DNA of 56,761 bases, filler included, from Asterionella formosa (GCA_002256025.1; 5 parts of 5 records of this genome joined end to end with filler, not necessarily neighbours in it), one strand, 5' to 3'; counted from the whole stretch's first letter, positions 45,499-56,612 are shown. Translations and numbers: made by a program. Notes: generated by a model from the sequence alone, not told the origin.

Positions 45499-47712
45499 GC
45501 CGAAAAATTCTTAACATATTCTGATAATAATGAACTCTGGACCTGGGATATGAGTATGATTCAAGCTGGAACAAACGTCTCCGACCAGGTAGGTGAGTTG
45601 GTTGCAAGCAAGATACAACGAGTTCCACGTGAAACGCAAGAAATCTTGAAGCTAGCATCATGTATGGGTTTTCAGTTCAACAGGGATTTATTGGATGTCA
45701 TTGTACGATTTGAATTCGGAAAAAGAGAAGCGGGTAACGACTCAGGGCCTTTTAACATGCAGTATTACAAGGATCGAATTACAAAAAATCTTGATATTGC
45801 TATACGAGAAGGATTGGTCGAAAAAGCGCACAGAAACAGTTTCAAATTCACACACGATCACGTTTCCTCTGCTGTATACGATATGATAGGAGATGAGAAG
45901 GAAAGGCACCTAATGCACTTGCGAATAGGCAGACAGCTTTGGAAGATGATAGTCACTAACAAAGAATCAGATTTCTTGCTTTTTCTGGTGGCCGACCAAC
46001 TGATTCGAGGTATCAATTGGATCAACGACGATACCGAGAAAGTGCGACTATCCCGCCTACTATTTCAGTCTGGGAAGACCGCAGCGGCAAAGTCTGCTTT
46101 CCTTCCTGCATCGCAATATCTCAAACATGCAATCGATCTTCTTGATCGGCATCAACGATGGACTGTCCATTATGAATTGAGCCTTGATTTATTCAGCACT
46201 CTATCTGAAGTGACATTGTCAAGAGGGGACTTCCTGGAAATCAAGGTAGCCGTGGACGACGTTATAAAAAACGCCAAGTCTACCCGTGACAAGTACCGTG
46301 CATACTTTTCTGCTGTGAACTCCTTAATAGCGCAAGGGATATTCGTCGATGGAGCTAAAGAGGGCATCCACATCCTCTCTGAATTGGGTGAACAACTCGT
46401 TTACAACCCACCCTCAACTTACACTTTTCTTGAGCTGTTGAGAACGGAAATCCTTGTTAGGAGGAAAGGAGATTTTCAGCTTCTATCCCTTTCTTCATTA
46501 CAGGATGAAGACAAGAAAACAAGTATCAAAGTGATGTTTTTGGTAGCTTTGTGTGCCTTTTATTCAAACAATCAAAACCTGATGCTTGTCGTGTCGTTAA
46601 AGATGATGAGACACTCGCTTTGCTATGGTACCTGTGTAATGACCCCTATGGCCGTTGCTGCGTATGCATTCTGCCAATGCCATTTAGGTAATTACGATCG
46701 AGCGTACAGATTTGGACAACAATCACTTCGGCTTCTGGATCAAGGCGAAAAAATGACAGAAGTTCATGCTGTAGTCTTGCTTACCAACCATCAGTTCATT
46801 TCTCACTTTCGCGAGCCGCTGTCCTTGGCATCTGTTCCTTTAGTCAGAGGTTACGAAGCTGGTATGGCGACAGGCCAAACATCGTTTGCTCTTCTCTGTG
46901 CATTAGCGCACATAAAATCACGAATATGCTGTGGTAATCCTCTCATGCCAATCCAGAATGAATTGGGTGAATTCTGTTCACAGGTGAACGCATTGAAAAG
47001 TCAAGATTTTGTGTTACCAATGTCAGTTCCCTATCTAGCATGGATTCACAACCTCTCAAAGCATACTGATGAACCAACTTCACTGACAGGAATATATCTC
47101 GACGAAGAGGACATGCTTTCCCATGCCATGGCATCCAATAATTCGATTGTCGAAATTACCATCTGCTCCCTACGTCTCCAACTGGGATATTACTTTGACG
47201 AATTGGAAGTTGCGAAAAAAATGGCGAAGAAGTTGCTGAAATTAGAATCGCTTTTTGAATTTAACTTTGAAGGCATTAGTTATAAAGTGTTTGCAGGTCT
47301 AACATGGCTCTCCCTTTACCGAAACAAGCGATCCAGAAAGTATCGCTACAGAGCAACACGCATCATTCGCAAAGTGAAAAAATGGGTTAACAAGGACAAG
47401 GCTTCCAATTGCTATCCACTGCTCTTGTTGCTGCAGGCTGAGTTGATGTCGCTTGGTAGGAGTCAATCCATACGTGCAGTCCAAGCTTGTTTCGATAAAG
47501 CAATCTTGGCTGCCCGAGCATTTGGATATTGTCACTATGAAGCACTCGCCAACGAACGTGCCGGTGAATACTTTGTCTCAAGCAAAGACGGAAGTAGTTC
47601 ATTATGCGCGGACCACTACCTGACAGAAGCCGTTGTTCTTTTCGACCTGTGGGGTGCCACAGCCAAGGCCGACCAGCTCCGGGCAGCATACCCTCATACA
47701 CTTTCTGCATAA
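45499..47712 (+). CDS. 5'-truncated STAND/AAA-ATPase-family protein (winged helix plus helical/TPR-like region), like the core of bacterial kinase-AAA-sensor proteins
   Basis: Frame is open from the scaffold edge (AEKFLTY...WTWD). LKLASCMGFQF, FKFTHDHV, HLRIGRQL, AKSAFLPASQYL, YEALANERAG, WGATAKADQL. The P-loop lies upstream, outside the scaffold. Confidence 0.82.
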   Translation, partial: AEKFLTYSDNNELWTWDMSMIQAGTNVSDQVGELVASKIQRVPRETQEILKLASCMGFQFNRDLLDVIVRFEFGKREAGNDSGPFNMQYYKDRITKNLDIAIREGLVEKAHRNSFKFTHDHVSSAVYDMIGDEKERHLMHLRIGRQLWKMIVTNKESDFLLFLVADQLIRGINWINDDTEKVRLSRLLFQSGKTAAAKSAFLPASQYLKHAIDLLDRHQRWTVHYELSLDLFSTLSEVTLSRGDFLEIKVAVDDVIKNAKSTRDKYRAYFSAVNSLIAQGIFVDGAKEGIHILSELGEQLVYNPPSTYTFLELLRTEILVRRKGDFQLLSLSSLQDEDKKTSIKVMFLVALCAFYSNNQNLMLVVSLKMMRHSLCYGTCVMTPMAVAAYAFCQCHLGNYDRAYRFGQQSLRLLDQGEKMTEVHAVVLLTNHQFISHFREPLSLASVPLVRGYEAGMATGQTSFALLCALAHIKSRICCGNPLMPIQNELGEFCSQVNALKSQDFVLPMSVPYLAWIHNLSKHTDEPTSLTGIYLDEEDMLSHAMASNNSIVEITICSLRLQLGYYFDELEVAKKMAKKLLKLESLFEFNFEGISYKVFAGLTWLSLYRNKRSRKYRYRATRIIRKVKKWVNKDKASNCYPLLLLLQAELMSLGRSQSIRAVQACFDKAILAARAFGYCHYEALANERAGEYFVSSKDGSSSLCADHYLTEAVVLFDLWGATAKADQLRAAYPHTLSA

Positions 47713-48201
47713 ATTGAACATTTTTGTCCATTCGAAAAAATTATAGGTTCTGACATGTCAATGTCAATTCGCAGCTTTTAGAAATATTGACCATAGTAAA
47801 GCTCGCGTCTGCGTCGTGGCCCAACACTATATCTGAAAGGGAGGATCGAGCGCTAGAGGATTCCAAGATTTGTAACTTCTGATGAATGAGGAAGGGATAT
47901 CCCTATTAACTGGTACTCTAGTCAGACTCAGTCTCAGCCACCTCTGCGATTCTTAGAGCAGGCAAGACCGTGCTTGTTGGCGACGATTCCAAGTTGAGTG
48001 AAAAACTCCACCATACTCGTTTACAGCGAGGGCTTCCAGCAAGACTAATAGAAGTGACGTTTATTGCACCAGAAATGGAGGATAAAAGTGAAAAGAATCC
48101 ATTACCAAAGAAACAAATGTACGTTTGTAGTGCAATCCTCTCACTGTTATAGCCGGAAATTGTAGGAGGAAAGCAAGGAAAAACAGCTACGTGGACTCCA
48201 A

Positions 48202-49100
48202 TCATTTCATATTTCCTAATCGGTAGTGTAAGATCATCAAAACGTCTTCCGACATGTCCTTTTTCGCCTCTTCTAAAGTTATGGAGTCGTCCAAGGCAAA
48301 AACCCCTTCTTGAATGGTAATGGTAATGATAAATTCCTGCCTGTTAGGATGAGATAACTTTTTAGATAAGAACCCCTTTAGCAATCCGATGGTGGCTTGT
48401 CCATTCACTCGAAGGTGTTCACGAGCCAATCGATCGACTCGGGTTTCAGAAGGGTACTTTCGGAGTTCAAATTCAATCAACGGCGAGGCCTCTCAGCACA
48501 ATCAAATCATGAGTATAGCAAAGAAAGAACTACAGCCACCTTCCCCATGACCATTTCGCACTTACCTCAATAACCAATGGCTCTAACATTATTGGATTTT
48601 CTTGCGTTGAATGCAATTGTTCTTGATTCCTTGCAGCTACTACAGAATGAAGTGGTTGGATTCGCTGCATGAGAACTGGACGTCCTGATGGTCTCGCGGT
48701 GGTCCCTGTGGATGTGCCCATCGTAGTTCTCAAGGCCTTGCGCTGACTGGCTTGCTCCAACATGCCCCGCTTACGATTCCGCGAAGATTCTTTGTGCAAA
48801 TCCTTATAACGCTCAATTTCTTCCGTTTCCCTCTGTTCCAGTGCATCCAGGTCTCCGCAAATGTGCTGAATGAGCAAATCGAATTTCGGGTCGGCTCGGA
48901 GCGACCTGCGTGAAGGAATGTGGATTCGACAGGAGGGACACTCCTTCTTGCCAACACGCAGACATTTCTGAATGCATTGATCACAATAGCGATGGAGGCA
49001 TTCCATAATGACGGCTGTTTTTCGAATGTATCCAAGGCAAATAGGACAAGTGAAGTTGAGTTTCTCCAGCGGCAACTGCAAGTGCTTGTTGTGAAGGATC
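48202..49100 (-). CDS. RING1: RING1-like Polycomb (PRC1) E3 ubiquitin ligase: RING finger plus C-terminal RAWUL-like domain; 5' end in the gap; probable intron 48490..48565
   Basis: FTCPICLGYIRKTAVIMECLHRYCDQCIQKCLRVGKKECPSCRIHIPSRRSLRADPKFDLLI. Last exon LIEFELR...HLRVNGQATIGLLKGFLSKKL...ILHY. GTAAGT donor; the in-frame acceptor is a weak GAG. Confidence 0.85.
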
Positions 49101-49893
49101 NNNNNNNNNNNNNNNNNNNNNNNNNNNNNNNNNNNNNNNNNNNNNNNNNNNNNNNNNNNNNNNNNNNNNNNNNNNNNNNNNNNNNNNNNNNNNNNNNNNN
49201 NNNNNNNNNNNNNNNNNNNNNNNNNNNNNNNNNNNNNNNNNNNNNNNNNNNNNNNNNNNNNNNNNNNNNNNNNNNNNNNNNNNNNNNNNNNNNNNNNNNN
49301 NNNNNNNNNNNNNNNNNNNNNNNNNNNNNNNNNNNNNNNNNNNNNNNNNNNNNNNNNNNNNNNNNNNNNNNNNNNNNNNNNNNNNNNNNNNNNNNNNNNN
49401 NNNNNNNNNNNNNNNNNNNNNNNNNNNNNNNNNNNNNNNNNNNNNNNNNNNNNNNNNNNNNNNNNNNNNNNNNNNNNNNNNNNNNNNNNNNNNNNNNNNN
49501 NNNNNNNNNNNNNNNNNNNNNNNNNNNNNNNNNNNNNNNNNNNNNNNNNNNNNNNNNNNNNNNNNNNNNNNNNNNNNNNNNNNNNNNNNNNNNNNNNNNN
49601 NNNNNNNNNNNNNNNNNNNNNNNNNNNNNNNNNNNNNNNNNNNNNNNNNNNNNNNNNNNNNNNNNNNNNNNNNNNNNNNNNNNNNNNNNNNNNNNNNNNN
49701 NNNNNNNNNNNNNNNNNNNNNNNNNNNNNNNNNNNNNNNNNNNNNNNNNNNNNNNNNNNNNNNNNNNNNNNNNNNNNNNNNNNNNNNNNNNNNNNNNNNN
49801 NNNNNNNNNNNNNNNNNNNNNNNNNNNNNNNNNNNNNNNNNNNNNNNNNNNNNNNNNNNNNNNNNNNNNNNNNNNNNNNNNNNNNNNNNNNNN
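49101..49893. other. Intra-scaffold assembly gap
   Basis: N run without linker. Confidence 0.97.
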
Positions 49894-49900
49894 AAATAAA

Positions 49901-51709
49901 ATGAGTAGCTCGTCTGACGAAGAACAAGAAGCAGTCAAGAAGAATGTGAATCAAGTGACAGCAGCAATAACATCAGACGTAGAAATAGCTGCAGCAAAAA
50001 AGGCAAAGAAGAAAACGAAGAAGCGCTCGCAAGATGCTTTCAACAGCATTGACGCGACAAAGGAAAAGAAGCGCCTCAAGAAGGACAAGAAGAAGCGATC
50101 ACATGATGCTCGTGATGCTTCCATCAGCATCGATGATAAAAAGGAAAAGAAGCGACTCAAGAAGGACAAGAAACGATTGAAGAAGGAGCGAGAATGTGAG
50201 ACGAAAGACGAAAAAGTTGCCATTATTGAAACCAGGAAGCGAGACCGCCACGACCCCTTGATAGTGCAATCCTCCGCGTTGGAGTTTGCAGACGGCAGTA
50301 CACAAACCGCCACGGACATCACGCTACTCCTCTTTTATCAATACGTCGAACCACCTTGGGATTCAGAAAAGTACAAAACGGTACTAACATACATGCAACA
50401 ACTTGGAGATGATCTTCAGTTGGGAGGTCGCATGCGAGTGGCGAAGGAGGGCTTGAATTGCACTCTAACCGGAACACATGATCACATTTTAGAGTACTGC
50501 CAGGCCCTGCGAGTGTTTGGTAATGGTGAATTTTTATCCACGGAATTCAAACTAACCACCGACCTACCGGCTGCTCAAGCATTTCCCACTGTCAAAATCA
50601 TGCCAGTCACTGAACTGGTCAACTACGGCCTTTCAGGCGACCGGGCACCACCCATTCAATATACAGGGACACATTTAGACCCACAGGAATATCATACCAA
50701 GATGCAAGAATCAGACACTGTCATGATTGATGTAAGGAACCATTACGAAGCCGCCATTGGACACTTTGTACCTCCAGGTGCCAAGTGGGTAGACCCGAAA
50801 ATGAGAAAGTCAACAGAATTTCCAATTTGGTTGGACAAGCCTGAAACGAGGGAAACTTTGAAAGGAAAACAAGTGCTCATGTATTGCACTGGAGGTGTCA
50901 GATGTGAACGAGCATCGGCTCTGTTGAAGTACAAGATGGATCATGATCCAGACATAAAGAAATTGGGTATTACCGGAGTTTACCAATTGCAAGGTGGAAT
51001 TGACAAGTATTTCAAAGAGTTTCCTGATGGTGGATATTGGGAAGGCAAGAATTTTACTTTTGACAAGCGATTCTCGCACGCACCAGCCATGTTGGAAGGA
51101 ACGGACATTACCGATGCGGTCGTCATGGGAAAGTGTGAAGCATGCAAGAAGCCTTGGGACAAGTATAAGGGCAAACGACGATGTCCAACTTGTGGTGTGC
51201 CGTCATTGATCTGTAAAGATTGCATGATAGCAGATAAAAGTGGCATTCGAAAGCTAGATAGGACCATCCGTTGTCATTTGTGCGTAGAAGAGAACATCAC
51301 GAGCAAGTATCAAATACGAGTACGCGACCAACGAGAGGAGGAAGAATACGAGCAAAAGCTTCAAGAAAAAGGTCTCACGGTGCTCCGTGACAAGGAAATG
51401 GCTCCAAACCCCGAAGGAATCACTCGCTTGGCAATCAAGAATATGTGTCGGAAACAAATGGACGAAGCATCATTGATGGCCACTCTTCCAGGAATCACTC
51501 ATATTGTCTGGAAAACCGATCGAACGTCGCAGCAATTTCTAGGTGCTGGTTGGGTCGAAATGGCAACCTCCGACGATGCTGCCAAAGCCGTGGCAATGGA
51601 TGGGACTTTTGTTTTGGGACGACCTATGTACATTTGTTATGAAGCTCCCGGTGGCAAAGATCGATGGCCGCCACCGAACAGTGCGGTCAACTGTAGAAAA
51701 CCTAACTAG
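49901..51709 (+). CDS. TrhO/TSTD2 (UPF0176)-family rhodanese-domain protein with Lys-rich N-terminus and C-terminal RRM-like domain
   Basis: LLFYQYV, GRMRVAKEGLNCTLTG, IDVRNHYEAAIGHF, MYCTGGVRCERAS, VYQLQGGIDKY, WEGKNFTFDKR, Cys-rich tail. Then LAIKNM...FLGAGWVEM...AAKAVAMDGTFVLGRPMYICY. Confidence 0.9.
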   Translation: MSSSSDEEQEAVKKNVNQVTAAITSDVEIAAAKKAKKKTKKRSQDAFNSIDATKEKKRLKKDKKKRSHDARDASISIDDKKEKKRLKKDKKRLKKERECETKDEKVAIIETRKRDRHDPLIVQSSALEFADGSTQTATDITLLLFYQYVEPPWDSEKYKTVLTYMQQLGDDLQLGGRMRVAKEGLNCTLTGTHDHILEYCQALRVFGNGEFLSTEFKLTTDLPAAQAFPTVKIMPVTELVNYGLSGDRAPPIQYTGTHLDPQEYHTKMQESDTVMIDVRNHYEAAIGHFVPPGAKWVDPKMRKSTEFPIWLDKPETRETLKGKQVLMYCTGGVRCERASALLKYKMDHDPDIKKLGITGVYQLQGGIDKYFKEFPDGGYWEGKNFTFDKRFSHAPAMLEGTDITDAVVMGKCEACKKPWDKYKGKRRCPTCGVPSLICKDCMIADKSGIRKLDRTIRCHLCVEENITSKYQIRVRDQREEEEYEQKLQEKGLTVLRDKEMAPNPEGITRLAIKNMCRKQMDEASLMATLPGITHIVWKTDRTSQQFLGAGWVEMATSDDAAKAVAMDGTFVLGRPMYICYEAPGGKDRWPPPNSAVNCRKPN

Positions 51710-51769
51710 TACATTTTTTTCCTATTAAACGTCGGGACTTTATGAGTAGTTTCGTGGAAAATGCATTTG

Positions 51770-53948
51770 TCATGTATGCTCACGTGATATATCCGGAAGA
51801 TTGGGAGGAATTTTGCTGATTGCTGTATTCTCCTGCGGCAGTGGTGGCGGCGGTGGCAGCCGACGAGGAGGCGGAGGAGGTATCAAGGGTGATACTCCCT
51901 GGTAAAGGCCACCTGAATGAAACGAAAGGGTGGTTGATCTACCAGGCGGTGGAGGCGGTACAAATGGCATTGTCCCAACTTTGGATTGTCGTAGNNNNNN
52001 NNNNNNNNNNNNNNNNNNNNNNNNNNNNNNNNNNNNNNNNNNNNNNNNNNNNNNNNNNNNNNNNNNNNNNNNNNNNNNNNNNNNNNNNNNNNNNNNNNNN
52101 NNNNNNNNNNNNNNNNNNNNNNNNNNNNNNNNNNNNNNNNNNNNNNNNNNNNNNNNNNNNNNNNNNNNNNNNNNNNNNNNNNNNNNNNNNNNNNNNNNNN
52201 NNNNNNNNNNNNNNNNNNNNNNNNNNNNNNNNNNNNNNNNNNNNNNNNNNNNNNNNNNNNNNNNNNNNNNNNNNNNNNNNNNNNNNNNNNNNNNNNNNNN
52301 NNNNNNNNNNNNNNNNNNNNNNNNNNNNNNNNNNNNNNNNNNNNNNNNNNNNNNNNNNNNNNNNNNNNNNNNNNNNNNNNNNNNNNNNNNNNNNNNNNNN
52401 NNNNNNNNNNNNNNNNNNNNNNNNNNNNNNNNNNNNNNNNNNNNNNNNNNNNNNNNNNNNNNNNNNNNNNNNNNNNNNNNNNNNNNNNNNNNNNNNNNNN
52501 NNNNNNNNNNNNNNNNNNNNNNNNNNNNNNNNNNNNNNNNNNNNNNNNNNNNNNNNNNNNNNNNNNNNNNNNNNNNNNNNNNNNNNNNNNNNNNNNNAGG
52601 CATCCACCACGTCGTCATTGTTGACCATGGTCTCTTCGTCATTTGAGTATTGGTCAAAATATGAATCGAATTCATCATCGCCAAGTTCTTCCATCCCAAT
52701 TTGCCATGATTCTGGAGCATTACTTGCTTTCAAGAATACGTTTGTTTCCTCATCGCAATCAAAGATCATGTCGTCAGGTGACATTATGGCGAACGAGTCG
52801 TCCATACCAAAATCATCTTCAAGGTTATCAGATGCAATGTTCCATGATTCTGGAACACTGCTTGCTTGTAAAAATTGGTTTATTTCATCTTCATTATTTT
52901 CAGATGTTGATTCGTCATCATTCATAATGGCCAATGCTACATCCTCAGGTTCTTCTCCCGTGTCATACTCGTAGAAACTGTACTCTTCCTCCAACAACGA
53001 TGGAAACTTCAAATCCAAAAGTAACAAATCGAACTCATCCTCATCTAAATCACGTGAGGAAAAATCCTGCAGATCCGACAAAATGGTACGTCGTGGAACT
53101 TTTCTGATTTTGGTTTTTCTCTTTCTTTTGCGAATGATTTGTTTGGGCACCAATGGAGCCTGTTGTCGAAGGGTGGATAGTACACATGCAGTAAGCATCC
53201 AAATAACGTGGCCATTTGAAACTACTGACTCGAGAGGTTGTATGGGTACTGCCATGATTTCTTCTTCGTCAAGGATAAAATTTGCTAGTAGGTCCCCAAT
53301 CATGGAGTGTGATGGTGCCTCTGGTTGTTCGGGTAGTTGATGCTCATGTAGGAATGGCTGTTCCAACGATCGGTTCATGCCTTGTAAAGTACTTTCCACC
53401 TTCCACTGATTGTCTTGCTCTACAGCCAATATGTCATCAGTATTCTCCATATGACTTGTAAGATGTGTGCCAAGGGAAGGGTTTGGGGGTTCCTGCGGTG
53501 TAATAGGGGAATGCTTTTGCTTGCCATGTTCCCATATTCTCCTTACCCTATTCATGGAAACTAATACAGCAGGAAAGCTAGAATGGACGGACTGTTGAAA
53601 TAAACTCTGTTCCACTTGATTCCGCCAAAGTCTTTGATTAATGTTCCATTTGTCCCGCGGTTCGAACCAAAGCGGAATCGATGACAACATAACAATACGT
53701 ATCGGTTCGTCTCGTGGTGGTTGTTGGCCAAAATGTTCCAGATCAGCTGTGGTTGCACGTAGTTGTGGGATCATCCCACGTCTGTACTCATCACCTCCTC
53801 GCAAAGTCGTCCACAGAGTACTAGGTCTAGTGGAAGCAGCTCGTTCACACAATACTAGCAGCAATACTAACAGCATCAATGACTCAATAATTATACCTGC
53901 AGGACTGATTTCTCTTCGGGGCTTCATTTGTTCTTCTCGTTTCATCAC
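51770..53948 (-). CDS. Hypothetical protein spanning a gap: hydrophobic N-terminal segment with LRGG, acidic repeats, Pro-rich C-terminus
   Basis: 450 open codons to the gap. Repeated N.FL.AS..PESW.I motif. A poly-Pro frame on the far side ends at stop 51770. Joining across the gap is assumed. Confidence 0.6.
51995..52597. other. Intra-scaffold assembly gap
   Basis: N run without linker. Confidence 0.97.
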
Positions 53949-54512
53949 CTCATTCTATCCGTGAATAGATGATGGGGAATAAAAAGAAACATTCAACGAC
54001 ACTAAGTCAGAGAGGCAGGGGTGGATGCAGAAGGGAGTATCAGAGCAGAAATGCGCATAACCGTACTTTTCGTAAATTTCTTGTACCGGTATATAATACG
54101 GTCGCATTGTTAATAAAAATATATATACATCATACATTGTTATGAATAATAAGTGTACACACTTCCAACGTCTAGCACTGGAATAAATCAAGTCAAAATC
54201 TTCTGCAGTTTGACAGCAACGCAATGATTGCTCTTTGTGCTGAAGGGCAGGTCTTAACAGAGATATAAATAAATATTATTATTTTTAAATTTTATCTTCA
54301 GAAAAAAATGAATCTTTACAGAGATACATTTCACAAATATGTCTCAGTAAGAGCAAACAGTTAGCCTTTTATGTGCATCAGACTCAGCATTCAAATTTGT
54401 TGCTATTAATAATTCTTGGCATTACATGATGCCACAAAGGACAAAGACTATTTCCATTGTGACAGCAACACTCATCAGCCTTCCTCAACATATACTCCTA
54501 ATACATTAGAAA

Positions 54513-55055
54513 ATGAGAGCTTCTGTTATCTCAATTTCATCTTGTCTTTTGGCTGTTGTTGATGCTTTCATTCGATCCATTCGTCCAACAAGGGCTTTCA
54601 TCACCGCAAAAGCAGAAAACATCAATAAACTCCAAATGGCTGACGTTTTTGAAATCTCTGACAACATGCCTCCCAGTCATTCTGGCTTGCAAGCCAATAT
54701 GAAGTTCAAATCTATCCTTGCAGGACCTTCAGAAATAGTACAAGTTTGTTGTAAATTGCCTTTTGGTCTAGATGTGGCTCCGAAAGATAAGCTGCAGTGT
54801 GCACCAAGAACGGTCCTGGCGGCAAAAAGGTTCGAGATGTTTTGCATTACACTTCACAATGGAACATGGGCCTACCAGCAGGAGGAGGGGTTGCTGCCAC
54901 AGTTGCTCCATTCTTGGGTGGAGGACTGGGCTGGAAATGTAGATTGTTCGATGTTTTGAAGGCTGCATCTTGGGAGTTTGTTGTGGAAGCTCTGACTAGA
55001 AATGTTTCAAGTTGAACTAACCAGATTGTGATGATTTTCGAGCGAACCTTGGTTG
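54513..55055 (+). pseudogene. Pseudogene of a putative plastid-targeted protein
   Basis: Signal peptide ending VDA-F plus a basic transit-like region. Protein-like reading continues only through a frameshift at about 54793 (DKL to AVCTKNGPGG) and past TGA at 55013-55015 (SS*TNQIVMIFER). Confidence 0.7.
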
Positions 55056-55455
55056 AAAGCTATAATGGTGCCAGACATCTCAATATTCAAAGAAAGCGCT
55101 GCAGCGATTATGTTTCAATTGAGAGTGTCGCATGTATAGGACAATTTATCCCGACTTTCGAGCAGGAACAAAGATTGTGGTAAAGGCCACTGACTGTCCT
55201 ATTCATTCCCGACAATGAATGTAAATTCGACTAGTCTCTTGTTCTCTCCGACCATGCGAGCAGCGTCCCGCATACATTGTCGGATCATAATGCGCTTGGC
55301 AGTGTCGTGAGCAGAAAGTCGCCATTCTTCCACCATGCAACCAGTTTTGTTGGTAATTAAACGAGTCGCGATAATAATTGCTGCTGAGATCCCTCCTCAA
55401 AAATTCGTTGTTGCTGTTTCTTTTGTTAGAACAATACCCATGAGGATTTTACATA

Positions 55456-56230
55456 CAGTGGAACCTCCCTTTAAGAAATACTCCTCCCTATAGGATACAC
55501 CCTCTATATAAGATACACTTCTCTCAATGAAGCGCCCCAATTTGGGTATCCTTGTAAGTGAACCTCTCTATAAGATACACCCTCCATTAGATACACTTGG
55601 ATACACCTTTGCTGAAAAATTGGTTATTCTGACATCTGTATAAGATAAAAACGAGAGCGACACAGTCTGCTATCAGTTTGAGCCATTAGTTTTTACCTTG
55701 TTTTGCATGCTTTGATCATCTCAAATCACTGTGGGCTGACAATCTTCTTTAGTACCAGTTATTTACGCATGTAATGGAAGCATGAGTACAATAGATATGT
55801 ACCACGTCATCTTCCTTAGCGATGATCTGGTGCTACTATCACTTGTGATATTATGTGTCAACGGCAGTTTTTAAAAAAATTTATTGTTTTATACTTTACT
55901 GAAAGGAACCGCAATCTTTTCTTGTCCTTTTGCTTCCATTCTTTCATTCATTTCAATCTCCAAGATTCAGACATCATCACCATTGGGAATGGAAGAAACT
56001 GTTGTTAAGAGCATGTCGGAAATGAAGTTAAAACGTAAAAGTGTTTCCATTGATACAAAATTAGCAGCAATAAAGCTACTTGGTGAAGGGAAAAGTGCTA
56101 GAGAAGTTGCTTTTAAACTTGCTATAAGCATTGAAACTGTTCAAAAAAAGAAGAAGGACTTACTGATGGAAGGAGAATTGATGCGATTAATAAAAATGGC
56201 TTGCACCAAATTTTACAGTTATTACAAACA
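55456..56230 (+). mobile_element. Left end of a pogo/Tigger-like element with CENP-B/psq HTH fragment
   Basis: TA then CAGTGGAACCTC terminus. Repeated subterminal AGATACAC motifs (about 55490-55610). KRKSVSIDTKLAAIKLLGEGKSAREVAFKLAISIETV. No DDE domain or right TIR. Confidence 0.75.
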
Positions 56231-56612
56231 TTTGCGCATATAGACATCACTGACACTGCCTAGAGTCCAACCCCCACGGTTGTTAATGTATCATGGCAAC
56301 ACTTGATGGGCTTGCTGTTGATCCACTGGAAACATAAGTTGTTGCGCCTTTGCGTATGCTGTGGGTGCCTAGTTCATCAATATCATACCCATCTAAATTC
56401 CCCTCATGATTCTTGAAAAGTTGCTTGAGAATCTTTCTAAAGCGATCCTCTTGATTTGCACCTGGAAAGCAAGAGTGGCCCATCAGGGTTTTTGATAATA
56501 TCTGGGTTGACACACATGTACTCAAACAAAGAAGTGATTGAACACACAGAAAAATCCTCAGGATTTGTATACACATGTATTGGTTAGTAGTTTTTTGATC
56601 CATCCTGATCAT
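56231..56612 (-). pseudogene. Crypton-type tyrosine recombinase, C-terminal fragment
   Basis: FPGANQEDRF...LGTHSIRKGATTYVSSGSTASPS, then after a frameshift NNRGGWTLGSVSDVY (HxxR, W and catalytic Y). Confidence 0.82.

Noticed and set aside
47918..48205. Short ORFs between the STAND gene and RING1
   Set aside because: Non-ATG starts, no motif, located in the 3' regions of convergent genes
48530..52974. Long ORFs (929, 474, 402, 384, 316 aa and others) reading through N runs
   Set aside because: Lengths are artefacts of untranslatable gaps; the real starts and ends are given in the features
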